A DNA stretch of 32,000 nt from Promethearchaeia archaeon. Lineage in GTDB: Archaea; Asgardarchaeota; Lokiarchaeia; Sigyniarchaeales; SOKP01. Numbering within the stretch: the first letter of the stretch is position 1; each line of letters starts with the position of its first letter. Shown piece by piece: positions 9,292 to 18,414 of the stretch. A model generated the notes under the pieces. The model saw only the letters and a list, made by a program, of their open reading frames with translations. It searched no databases and had not been told where the DNA came from. The DNA lies in contig JAWOFX010000007.1 of NCBI GenBank assembly GCA_046497275.1, forward strand, positions 30,001 through 62,000, written 5' to 3'. Position numbers and translations under genes: made by a program.

Positions 9292-10449
9292 CTAATTGTT
9301 TGAGGAAATATTTAACTTTAATTTTTTCGTGAGATTATCGAGTGCACTTGTTTCATGTTTATAAAAAATTTCTTCTATTTTAAGAGAAAAATATTCCCCT
9401 AAAATGCTCACAAAATATTTCAAAGAAAATAGTCCAGCTACAAATCTATACATAATATGTAGAAAGACTGTTAGAATTACTAAAACCCCACCAAAAACTA
9501 ACCAAAAAGTCCAATAATTTAATGATAAAAATCCAAAAAGCATACCTGAATAATGTAATAAATAAAAAGTTAATGAATAATAGGAAAAATAGAATAGAGG
9601 ATTATATTTTGAATTGAAATTAATATTTGTAGCCTTTTCAAGAGTTAATAAAATTGAGACAATCAAGCTGTTCAGACCTAATGCATAAATAATATACGAA
9701 AAACTATTGGTTGTTAGAAAATTTGGGAAATCAAGAAAAATACCAAATAATATGGAAAAAACAGAAGGTAATGCTAAAGGTAAAAAAATTTTTTTGAGGA
9801 AACCAAGAAAATCTTCATTATTCCCAAAATCCTTTTCTACAAGAAAACTTCCTATAATTGTTCCGAATAGAAAGAATGGGAAAAATAGTAATAGAGGGTT
9901 CTGACGAGAATCGGAAGGATAAAAGAAATCTAATAAGAAAGAAGAAAAATCTGAGAAATTTCCATAAAGTAAGATTTGTTGAAAGAAATAATTGAATACT
10001 AATAGTACAATTCCAAATAGAATTCTCTGATTTATAGATAATTTCATCAATGGCCAACTAAAAATTAGACAAATAGATAGAGTAAATAAGATCCACCAAT
10101 CATAAATTTTTGCGTTAGAACTGGAAGAAAGTAAAGCGATATTCATTATAAAAGCAACTAAAAATAATATAAATGCTCTAAAATAGGAGCTGTTTCTTAA
10201 AATTCTCGTTTTTTCATCATATGGATCAATTAAATCAACTTTCCTTTTTGAAAAAAAAAGAGCAATACTTGTTCCCGAAATTAAAATAAATCCCGTGCCT
10301 TTTGCAATAGGTTCAAGCGGAATCCATATAAAGATTTCCTGAATTTGGAAAGCTGCTGGGGACATCAACCAGACACTTAAATGCCCTAATAGCATTAAAA
10401 ACATGCAAAACCCTCGGAAAAAATCCACGCTCCCAATTCTATTGCTCAT
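9292..10449 (-). CDS. DUF1624/HGSNAT-like membrane acyltransferase, tandem copy 3
   Basis: RIGSVDFFRG...M...H, FILISGTS, DWWIL, YSLTFYLLH. Confidence 0.8.
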   Translation of the reverse strand: MSNRIGSVDFFRGFCMFLMLLGHLSVWLMSPAAFQIQEIFIWIPLEPIAKGTGFILISGTSIALFFSKRKVDLIDPYDEKTRILRNSSYFRAFILFLVAFIMNIALLSSSSNAKIYDWWILFTLSICLIFSWPLMKLSINQRILFGIVLLVFNYFFQQILLYGNFSDFSSFLLDFFYPSDSRQNPLLLFFPFFLFGTIIGSFLVEKDFGNNEDFLGFLKKIFLPLALPSVFSILFGIFLDFPNFLTTNSFSYIIYALGLNSLIVSILLTLEKATNINFNSKYNPLFYFSYYSLTFYLLHYSGMLFGFLSLNYWTFWLVFGGVLVILTVFLHIMYRFVAGLFSLKYFVSILGEYFSLKIEEIFYKHETSALDNLTKKLKLNISSNN

Positions 10450-10613
10450 ATAAATAAAAGCTCATTTAATTCTATTTAAAACATCTAAATAAATTTATAA
10501 ATATAACTTTTATTAATTTTCATAATTTTTTAGAGGAAAACATTTGATTTTAGCCAAGAACTCTGGGTTTTTTTTTTAATTTTTATATTCTCACGTGCGG
10601 GAGATCTTTGTTC

Positions 10614-11714
10614 TTAATCATTGGTCTTCTTGAAATAATTAATTAATTCTGTGCTAATTATTCTTAATTGATACTTAAGAGAGAATTTCGATCCGTACTT
10701 CCTATACATCAATCCTAGGAAAATTCTTATAATAATAATAGAAACTAAAAGAAGTGGAAGGAATAGAATCGCAGATAATCTATTAGTAAATAAAAAGTAG
10801 AGTGGATAATGTAATAAAAATATTGTAAAAGAATAATAAGAGAAATAATAGAAAAATCTATATTTTACTTGTATTTTAATCGAAGTTAAAAATTCTACAC
10901 TGAACAATATGGCAAATATTAGAAGATGACCTCCTATAGCATAAACTGGCCAACTCAAATTGAATCTCTCTAAAATATCAAAAGGAATTATACATAATGA
11001 TATGAAAATTAATATAAATCCAATTAAGATCATAGGAATAGTGAAAGATGTTAAAACAACTTTTTTCGAGTAATTAGCATCGCTCCAGATCTTTGAATAT
11101 ATCAGATCTGCAATTATACTTCCAATTATAAAAAAAGGAAAAAATCTAAAAAGAGGAGATAATTCGACTTGATTATACATAAAATAATAGATTACGACAA
11201 AAATACTATTAAAATTATCTTGAAACGGTATAAGAAGTAAATATAATATCTCATTTAAGATCAGTATAGTTATAGCAAAAAGTATTTTAAGAAAGATATT
11301 AGATTTGAAAAAAGGCCAAAATAAAATCATAGAAACTGGTAATGTCTGAAGAATAAACCACGAGTATATATATTTTATATTAAAAGTTCTAAGTACCATT
11401 ATAAAATTATACGCAAATCCAATAAGGAATAATAACCATGCTCTAAGGAGATATTCTGAACGAAATTGCTTATATTCATAATCTTCATAGCTACTGAGAT
11501 TTTCTAAATTTTTTTTATAAGAAAGTGTGAGACTCATTCCAGAGATGAATAAAAATCCCGCTGAACCAAAGGCATCAACAAAAATATTTATATAGATAAA
11601 AAAGATGGTGTAATAATCTTTTGGTTGTATCCACCAACCCATAGTATGTCCTATAATCATCCAAGTAATACATATACCCCTAAATGTGTCTATACTCCTT
11701 AATCTTCTTCTCAT
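10614..11714 (-). CDS. DUF1624/HGSNAT-like membrane acyltransferase, tandem copy 4 (most divergent)
   Basis: RLRSIDTFRG...M...H, FLFISGMS, YSFTIFLLH; lacks the C-terminal extension of copies 1-3. Confidence 0.8.
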   Translation of the reverse strand: MRRRLRSIDTFRGICITWMIIGHTMGWWIQPKDYYTIFFIYINIFVDAFGSAGFLFISGMSLTLSYKKNLENLSSYEDYEYKQFRSEYLLRAWLLFLIGFAYNFIMVLRTFNIKYIYSWFILQTLPVSMILFWPFFKSNIFLKILFAITILILNEILYLLLIPFQDNFNSIFVVIYYFMYNQVELSPLFRFFPFFIIGSIIADLIYSKIWSDANYSKKVVLTSFTIPMILIGFILIFISLCIIPFDILERFNLSWPVYAIGGHLLIFAILFSVEFLTSIKIQVKYRFFYYFSYYSFTIFLLHYPLYFLFTNRLSAILFLPLLLVSIIIIRIFLGLMYRKYGSKFSLKYQLRIISTELINYFKKTND

Positions 11715-11743
11715 ACGATTTAAATATCAATATGTGTATTATA

Positions 11744-13153
11744 TTATTCGTTATTAACGCTTTCAGCAATTCCTTTTGCTGCAATTATTCCTGTCATAGC
11801 TGCTGCGACTATACCCCTTGACAATCCTGCTCCATCACCAGCAAAATAAATCCCTTTAAATTTTTTTGATTCTAAAAATGCATTTACTTCTATACTTTTA
11901 GCACTTCTCTTAAATTCTGGAGCGTAAATTAAAGTACTATTGTTATTAACCCCTGGAATAACTTTATCTAAGATTTCCAATCCTTCCAATATATCAGTTA
12001 CGAATCGGTACGGATAAGCCATAGCAATATCCCCAGGGGTATAATCATTTAATGTAGGTTGGACAGGATTGCGTTCAATTAATGATTTTCTTGAACGATG
12101 GCCGTCACGCAGATCTCCCAAGGTTTGCACTAAAGGTTTATATCCACCCAAAATCGAAGTTTGTAAAGCGATTGATCTCCCATATTTTGTAGTGTCTTCT
12201 AAAGGACTAGTTAATTTTTGTCTAATCAAGAAAGCAAAATTAGAAGTATCTGAATCGCCATTTAGAGAAATTTGATGACCATTTACTCCAACAATATTCT
12301 CTTCATAATTTTCTTTTACCACATATCCTTTATGATTAACGCAAAATGTTCTAACAAAATCATTATAGGTCGGGGTTATAATATGGAATTTAGGATCTCT
12401 CTGGATATTTTCACATATTTCATCTAATATAATGGAAGGAACCTCCACTCTAATTCCTATATCAAGTGGTTCATAGTAAGTTTTAATTCCTAAATTTTCA
12501 CATTGCTTAGAGAGCCAAATCATGCCCCATCTTCCAGGAGCTAGTAAAATATAATCAAACTGTTCTTTATTGCCTTCTTCAAAAAAAAGGAACTTTTCTT
12601 CATCAAAAGAAAGTATCTTAGTATTTGGAAAAAATTCGATATTATAATTTGATTCTAAAAATTCTGTTATGGATTTAATTATTTTCGTAGTATTTTTTGA
12701 TCCAAGTACTCTTTGTTTGATGGGTATAAATCGAACATCTATAGCTGCACATTTCCTTTTCAACTCGTCCATTTTTTGTTTATTACTATATGGATCGAAA
12801 ATTCTATCTGGTGCTCCGTTTTTTAGAAAAAAATCATCAATTTGTTTCATTACATCATTGACATCTAGATTTGCATTAGTACATAATTCATTCAAGTCTC
12901 CTCCAATATTTTTATTAAGATTTAGAATTCCAGAAGACCAAGCACCAGCTCCACCTATACCGCTCATGATTCTACATGGATCGCATTGAGCACACTCATA
13001 TTCATTTTTTTGAGGACAAAACCTATCTCCGATAGCGGGTCCAGCATCATAGATCTTTATTTCTACTTTATTGCCTAATTGATCTCCCAGTTCATTTGCA
13101 GCAAAGAGGCCAGCGGAACCAGCTCCTACTATTCCTACTTTAATTTTTGACAT
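11744..13153 (-). CDS. NAD(P)/FAD-dependent oxidoreductase (COG2509-like) with N-terminal Cys cluster
   Basis: VGAGSAG dinucleotide motif, CPQKNEYECAQCDPC, GIGGAG, VRTFC, C-terminal FAGDGAGLSRGI. Confidence 0.8.
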   Translation of the reverse strand: MSKIKVGIVGAGSAGLFAANELGDQLGNKVEIKIYDAGPAIGDRFCPQKNEYECAQCDPCRIMSGIGGAGAWSSGILNLNKNIGGDLNELCTNANLDVNDVMKQIDDFFLKNGAPDRIFDPYSNKQKMDELKRKCAAIDVRFIPIKQRVLGSKNTTKIIKSITEFLESNYNIEFFPNTKILSFDEEKFLFFEEGNKEQFDYILLAPGRWGMIWLSKQCENLGIKTYYEPLDIGIRVEVPSIILDEICENIQRDPKFHIITPTYNDFVRTFCVNHKGYVVKENYEENIVGVNGHQISLNGDSDTSNFAFLIRQKLTSPLEDTTKYGRSIALQTSILGGYKPLVQTLGDLRDGHRSRKSLIERNPVQPTLNDYTPGDIAMAYPYRFVTDILEGLEILDKVIPGVNNNSTLIYAPEFKRSAKSIEVNAFLESKKFKGIYFAGDGAGLSRGIVAAAMTGIIAAKGIAESVNNE

Positions 13154-13177
13154 GCTTTTTTATATTATTAATTATTG

Positions 13178-14134
13178 CTATTTTAATTTGTATTTATTAT
13201 CTAAAAAAGTATTTCCCTTTATTTTTTCAACAATACCCTTCTTATTTAGCTCATCTAAATGATTGAGAATCATACCTCCATCCCATATATAATATAATTC
13301 CTTTATAGGTTCGAAAATTCTATCTGTAGATGTTAAGATTCTTTCTTCAACAATCGCTTTAATAGATTTATAATTACGTGTATTTAGACAATCAACAATT
13401 TTCTTTTCATTTGAATCTATTTTTTGCCTAATACGATTAAAAAATTCCTTGTCTTTATCTAAATAATAAGTTCCATGAGCAGGTATTAAAATATATTCCC
13501 CATTAAGGTAAATTCTTTCTAATTTATCGATGGATTTTCGATATTCGGTTAAATTGCTACTTAAGTCTCCATAATATGGATGACTACCTATATCTGATAC
13601 ATATAAAATAGATTTAGAAGTTTCATCTTTAGATTTGATAGAAAATGCTGTATGTCCAGGCGAATGACCGGGAATATGAATTGTATTTATTATGAAATTC
13701 CTTGATTGGAAATTATCTTTCCCAGGGATATAACTGTTAATTTCATTACATAAGTCAAATTTCATGTATTTTTTTATCATCATTCGATATTTATCTTCTA
13801 AATTTAACTTCTTGAATCCAATTTTGTCACTCAATGTTTCTATATTGGTTACATATTCGCTTTCTTGAATCGGAATATAAATCGGGGTCTTATATTTATT
13901 TTGATGATAAAATGCATGAGCAGTATGATCTAAATGACCGTGGGAGAATAGTAAAAATTCAGCATTATCAATTTCAGAATATAGATTATCTATATCATCA
14001 AATGGATAATTTGTATCAATTAATATATTAGATTGCTTTTTTTGTTCAATTACTAAACTATTGAGGATATTAACACGACTAGAATTTTCTTTTACTAAAA
14101 AAATTCCATCTATAAGTTCTTTCCACACTAACAT
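13178..14134 (-). CDS. MBL-fold metallo-hydrolase with C-terminal winged-helix-like extension
   Basis: SHGHLDH, PGHSPGH, D and PAHG ligands; C-terminal HLDELNKKGIVEK. Confidence 0.85.
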   Translation of the reverse strand: MLVWKELIDGIFLVKENSSRVNILNSLVIEQKKQSNILIDTNYPFDDIDNLYSEIDNAEFLLFSHGHLDHTAHAFYHQNKYKTPIYIPIQESEYVTNIETLSDKIGFKKLNLEDKYRMMIKKYMKFDLCNEINSYIPGKDNFQSRNFIINTIHIPGHSPGHTAFSIKSKDETSKSILYVSDIGSHPYYGDLSSNLTEYRKSIDKLERIYLNGEYILIPAHGTYYLDKDKEFFNRIRQKIDSNEKKIVDCLNTRNYKSIKAIVEERILTSTDRIFEPIKELYYIWDGGMILNHLDELNKKGIVEKIKGNTFLDNKYKLK

Positions 14135-14237
14135 TCATTAAAACCAAATATATTTATGAATCCTAAGTTGAGTAATAATGAATTGTTTAAAGATTCTTTC
14201 TATTCATTTTTAAAATAAGTTACTTTTATTATTGCGC

Positions 14238-14396
14238 TTACTGAATATTTATCCAATGGCGGCACACTTTACACTGTTTTATATATTTCCATTTAACAGC
14301 CCCATTATTTTTAATAGAGAGTTTCCTTATAATCATTTTGCTCCCACATTTTTCACAAATATCATTGTCTTGTATTTGTATATCTTGAGCTGTCAT
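14238..14396 (-). CDS. 52-aa zinc-ribbon microprotein (CxxC-x24-CxxC)
   Basis: Not in the ORF track. Manual translation: MTAQDIQIQDNDICEKCGSKMIIRKLSIKNNGAVKWKYIKQCKVCRHWINIQ*. ATG at 14396, TAA at 14238-14240; co-oriented with both neighbours. Confidence 0.75.
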   Translation of the reverse strand: MTAQDIQIQDNDICEKCGSKMIIRKLSIKNNGAVKWKYIKQCKVCRHWINIQ

Positions 14397-14614
14397 CTGA
14401 AAACCCTTAAAATTTTTTAAAAATTATTCTTATATACTTCCTCATTATATAAAAGAAAATATTTTTATTTAAATTTGTCTAGAACTTTCTTTGAAGAATT
14501 ATTTTGTCAGAGTTAAGAAACGACTCATTTATTAATTTAATCCTTTATATTTTTTTACAATGATAACAAAAGACTTTTAAATTTTAAACGTTAAATCTCC
14601 CAATTTTAAAAAAT

Positions 14615-16516
14615 CTAAAGATTATTATTCTCTATTATCCATATTGGACTCGCCCATGCCATATTGTTATCATCTAAAAAAAGCCGCGGATAGTAAAAAA
14701 CGAATTTTTGAGGTTTTTTGATATGATTTAAAGAAATATTCTTAAAATCAGCATTATCGCAAAAGTAAAATTCAATTAGATTCTTATTAACAATTTTCTG
14801 AGAGAGAATCATATTGTTTCTAATTATTTCAATTCTTTTTATTTTTATGGGACTAATAACTTTTAATTTTAGTTTCCTTTCTTGTTTTAGATTTTCATCT
14901 TCATTTAAATCAAAAATTTGTCCCATAAAAAGCTCATCAATCCAGAATTCGAGAATAACCCTTGGGCCTGTAGTCCCATAGCATCTTCTTGTATTAAGAG
15001 CTTTCCATAATTCATCTTTATTGAGTGATGTTGCCCATATTGCCATAATTCCCGAAGGATAAATCCCATTATCAAGATCCATATTCCCAGAGGGAAAAGC
15101 TCCAAAATGATCATCCCCCCCAGCAATAAATCCGAGTTTATATCCCTTTTCAAGAGCATCCCTAACATAAGAACCTCTCTTTCCCAATATTGGACCTCGT
15201 TTTCTCGCATACTTTCCATATCCAAAAAATTTATATCGGGGAGGAAGAGGATTTCCTTCCGAATAAGGATATTCTTGATTCCCCCATGTTGAATATATCT
15301 CGACTAGTTTTTCAAGAGAATTATCAAAATAATCCCAATTACGATAGCCTGGTCTTAAAGCAGTATGGTGTCCTACCATTAAAACTTGGTCTGAATATTT
15401 CTTTAAATTCTTTATAAGTTTAGGGGTTGAATTATATTTGTTTATTTCAGATCTAAATATTGGGATATTGTTGTTTACATGATAAATACAAATATCTCCA
15501 TATCCAGTATACCATGTTCCATATTCATAACCAAATAGAGAAACGAAATCTCCATGAGCGTTATATTTTTCTACTATTTCTTTTATTTCTCTAAAATCTG
15601 CATCTGATGTTTCGTATAACCGATCATGCTCCGTAGATGTACCAAAATCTAAACCTGATTTTATGAGATTTTCAAAATAATCATCAATAGATATCATTCC
15701 ATCACTTTTTGATGTGTGACCATGAATATATCCCCAATATAACTTTAGCTCATTTACTTTTATAGATTTACAATGAATAGGATTTGATCTATAAGATTGA
15801 TGATTATATTTTGCTTCTATAGAGTATATTCCTTCGTTTTCTGTCTTTAAATTAGTCAATTCAATATATCCTTCATCATTAGGCTTCACGTCTATATTTG
15901 TGATAAAATCTTCATTTTCTTGGAGTATAAAATAGAGACTAACAGTTCCCGAAAAATTAGCTACTAAGTTATTATATTTATCTTCAAATCTTAAAATACA
16001 TTTAAAATTCTCAGTTATATTAACAGTAGAGGGAGCTATAATATTGATATGATCAAAAGATTTACTGATAATGGTGAGTTTTGGACATTCTTGGATTAAT
16101 ATCTCGCTGTTTCCGGGTTTCTTAAATAATACCTCTATTTTTTTATTTTCTTCAATAATCGATTGGCTTAGTGTATTATAAATTGAAAATTTAACTTCTG
16201 TATCTTTCTCTAAACCTTTTTCATCCAAAATCAAATATTTTATCATTAGATCTTTTCCCGTAATAGTCAAGGGAAGTATTTTCTTATCATTTCTGAGATT
16301 TAGTTCAATATATCCTTTTTCATCTGAATTATAGGACTGTAAATAGTACCAATCATTTTTATTATTTCTTCCCCCTCGTATCCTAAAAATCAAAAGTGAA
16401 TTCTTTGGAAGATTAAATTTGAGAATAAAACTAACTGAAATTGAATAATATTGTCGAACTTTAACTTTTTTGGGTGAAACGTTAATATCTGCTAATAAAG
16501 GTTTTTTTTCTTCCAA
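14615..16516 (-). CDS. PHP-like metallohydrolase (DUF3604 / CehA-McbA-like) with long N-terminal beta-rich region
   Basis: WGYIHGHT, TEH, GHH, VEIYSTWG, GGDDH, YGTTG and terminal AWASPIW motifs. Confidence 0.7.
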   Translation of the reverse strand: MEEKKPLLADINVSPKKVKVRQYYSISVSFILKFNLPKNSLLIFRIRGGRNNKNDWYYLQSYNSDEKGYIELNLRNDKKILPLTITGKDLMIKYLILDEKGLEKDTEVKFSIYNTLSQSIIEENKKIEVLFKKPGNSEILIQECPKLTIISKSFDHINIIAPSTVNITENFKCILRFEDKYNNLVANFSGTVSLYFILQENEDFITNIDVKPNDEGYIELTNLKTENEGIYSIEAKYNHQSYRSNPIHCKSIKVNELKLYWGYIHGHTSKSDGMISIDDYFENLIKSGLDFGTSTEHDRLYETSDADFREIKEIVEKYNAHGDFVSLFGYEYGTWYTGYGDICIYHVNNNIPIFRSEINKYNSTPKLIKNLKKYSDQVLMVGHHTALRPGYRNWDYFDNSLEKLVEIYSTWGNQEYPYSEGNPLPPRYKFFGYGKYARKRGPILGKRGSYVRDALEKGYKLGFIAGGDDHFGAFPSGNMDLDNGIYPSGIMAIWATSLNKDELWKALNTRRCYGTTGPRVILEFWIDELFMGQIFDLNEDENLKQERKLKLKVISPIKIKRIEIIRNNMILSQKIVNKNLIEFYFCDNADFKNISLNHIKKPQKFVFYYPRLFLDDNNMAWASPIWIIENNNL

Positions 16517-16664
16517 GAATGTTTTTCCATTCGGTAATTTATTGACTCAAATATATAATAAAATCTAAATATGATAGTATTCGATATAATAACTATTTTA
16601 TTATAGTTAAGCTCTCAATAAATGGAAATTATAATTGAAAATCAATTAGTTTCAGCAAATTAAA

Positions 16665-17567
16665 TTATTTATTCTCTTTTTGATCTTTATTCTTTATTAC
16701 GGTAATGATGATAGCAATAAATATGAATGCACATCCAATCAAGGCAGTAATAGAAAGTGTCTCGTTTCCTAAGAGAAAACTAAATAATAACGCAAAAACA
16801 GGTTCCAAAGCAAAAATAATTGCAGTTTTTGCAGGATTGACATGTTGCTGACTCCAATTTTGAAATAAAAAAGTGAAAGTAGTTACTGCTAATCCCATAT
16901 ATAAGATAATTATCCAAAACATAGGATCTGAATGTAGAAGATCATAAGATTCTTGTAAAATAAATGAAAATATAAAGCAAGAGAGAGATATAACAAATAA
17001 TTGGACTATAGAATAAAGATAAATATTAGCAAGACTCACATATTTATCATTATATATGATAAATAAAGCACAAAAAACAGCACATATTAAAACCCAAATA
17101 TCGCCAATAATAACTCCACTCTCACCTTCTAAAAATAAGAATGCCAGTCCGATAATTGAAAGTATTGCTGCTAACCAAACCCTTTTTTTAAAGGATTGTT
17201 TGAACATAACGTATGCTAAAAAGGGAACCATTATAGTGTTTAATCCTGTGATAAAACCAGCTTTTCCTGCTGAAGTTGTTGTTAACCCAATTGTTTGAGT
17301 AGCTATTGCGATAAAATAGAGTAACCCAGAAACAGTTCCCATAATTAATATTTTCTTATTGATTTTATTTAGGCGAACATAAAAAGGACTGAATCCTAAG
17401 AGAGCAATTGAAAATCTTAAGCCTAAATATAAAAAAACGGGGATATCTTTTACAACTGTTTTAGTTATAATGAATGTGGTACCCCACAAGATCGTTGTAA
17501 TTATTAGAAGAACTATTGCGATAAATTGTTTCTTCGATGAAGATGGATGAGATATCTCTTTTTGCAT
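16665..17567 (-). CDS. EamA/DMT-family transporter
   Basis: LWGTTF, LRF, GFITGL, IGD, AIIFALEPVFA; about 10 TM helices; GAGGA just before the ATG. Confidence 0.9.
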   Translation of the reverse strand: MQKEISHPSSSKKQFIAIVLLIITTILWGTTFIITKTVVKDIPVFLYLGLRFSIALLGFSPFYVRLNKINKKILIMGTVSGLLYFIAIATQTIGLTTTSAGKAGFITGLNTIMVPFLAYVMFKQSFKKRVWLAAILSIIGLAFLFLEGESGVIIGDIWVLICAVFCALFIIYNDKYVSLANIYLYSIVQLFVISLSCFIFSFILQESYDLLHSDPMFWIIILYMGLAVTTFTFLFQNWSQQHVNPAKTAIIFALEPVFALLFSFLLGNETLSITALIGCAFIFIAIIITVIKNKDQKENK

Positions 17568-17712
17568 TCCTCAGTTCCCAGTATATTAAATAATTAAGAT
17601 TTATTAAATCATAAAATATTTGAAAATTAATTATCTTAACTAAATATTTGAATATCTTTTTCCGAATTCCTATATTTTTGATTTCTAGAATTTTCTCTTT
17701 GATTTCATCTAA

Positions 17713-18270
17713 TTAGGGTAACTTCAGAAAATCAGCATCAGTTATAATGCCTATATATTTATCAAAATCCCTCACTAAGACTGCAGAATATTTTATCAAA
17801 AGATCGGATACATCTTTTAAGCTCCAATTTCTATTCACTTCTGGAAAAGGAAGTTCTTTTACATCAGAAATTTTGATGTTTAATAAATCTGAATTTTCCA
17901 TCATTAATTTTTGAGCCTTCCGGGATGTTATACTGCCTAGGTTTTGACTATTCTTAAGTATTGGCAGCTGGGAAACATTATATTCATTCATTAACTTAAT
18001 AACATCTTTTAGTTTAGTATCTGGTTCAATTGAGATTATATTTTTCGTCATAATTTTTTCAATTCTTTCTGAAGATTCTTTTTTTCTTCTCTCTTCATTT
18101 TTTAGACAAGAATATATTAATTTAAAAGTTGAATAAGGAGGATCAACCAATTCATTTTCAATTCTTGAAATCGTTGATTGATTTAGTTTACAAAGTTTAG
18201 CAAGTTCGTGTTGACTTATATTTAACTTTTTTCTCAATATCTTTATTTCAGCTATTTCGGGGATATTCAT
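17713..18270 (-). CDS. XRE-type HTH + CBS-pair transcriptional regulator (COG3620-like)
   Basis: LRKKLNISQHELAKLCKLNQSTISRIE HTH followed by IMTKNII...SQLPIL...GIITDAD CBS pair. Confidence 0.9.
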   Translation of the reverse strand: MNIPEIAEIKILRKKLNISQHELAKLCKLNQSTISRIENELVDPPYSTFKLIYSCLKNEERRKKESSERIEKIMTKNIISIEPDTKLKDVIKLMNEYNVSQLPILKNSQNLGSITSRKAQKLMMENSDLLNIKISDVKELPFPEVNRNWSLKDVSDLLIKYSAVLVRDFDKYIGIITDADFLKLP

Positions 18271-18296
18271 AATTTAAAATAATAATGCTTCTGATG

Positions 18297-18397
18297 GATA
18301 TGTTATGCATATCAAACATAAAAGAAATTTAAAGATTTTTAAATTAATTAGTTTTTCCTAATTTAACTTATATTTAATTTAAAATTGAAATGCATAT
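18297..18397. promoter_or_regulatory. Two related candidate operator sites in the divergent promoter
   Basis: GATATG-TTATG-CATATC at 18297-18313 (perfect 6-bp arms) and AATTG-AAATG-CATAT at 18383-18397; both contain ATGCATAT, one near each gene start. Confidence 0.35.
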
Positions 18398-18414
18398 AAT
18401 TCAAAATAGATGAT

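Noticed and set aside
14232-14420. Tracked plus-strand 62-aa ORF
   Set aside because: It is antisense to the zinc-ribbon gene at 14238-14396, which has a far more convincing CxxC...CxxC pattern.
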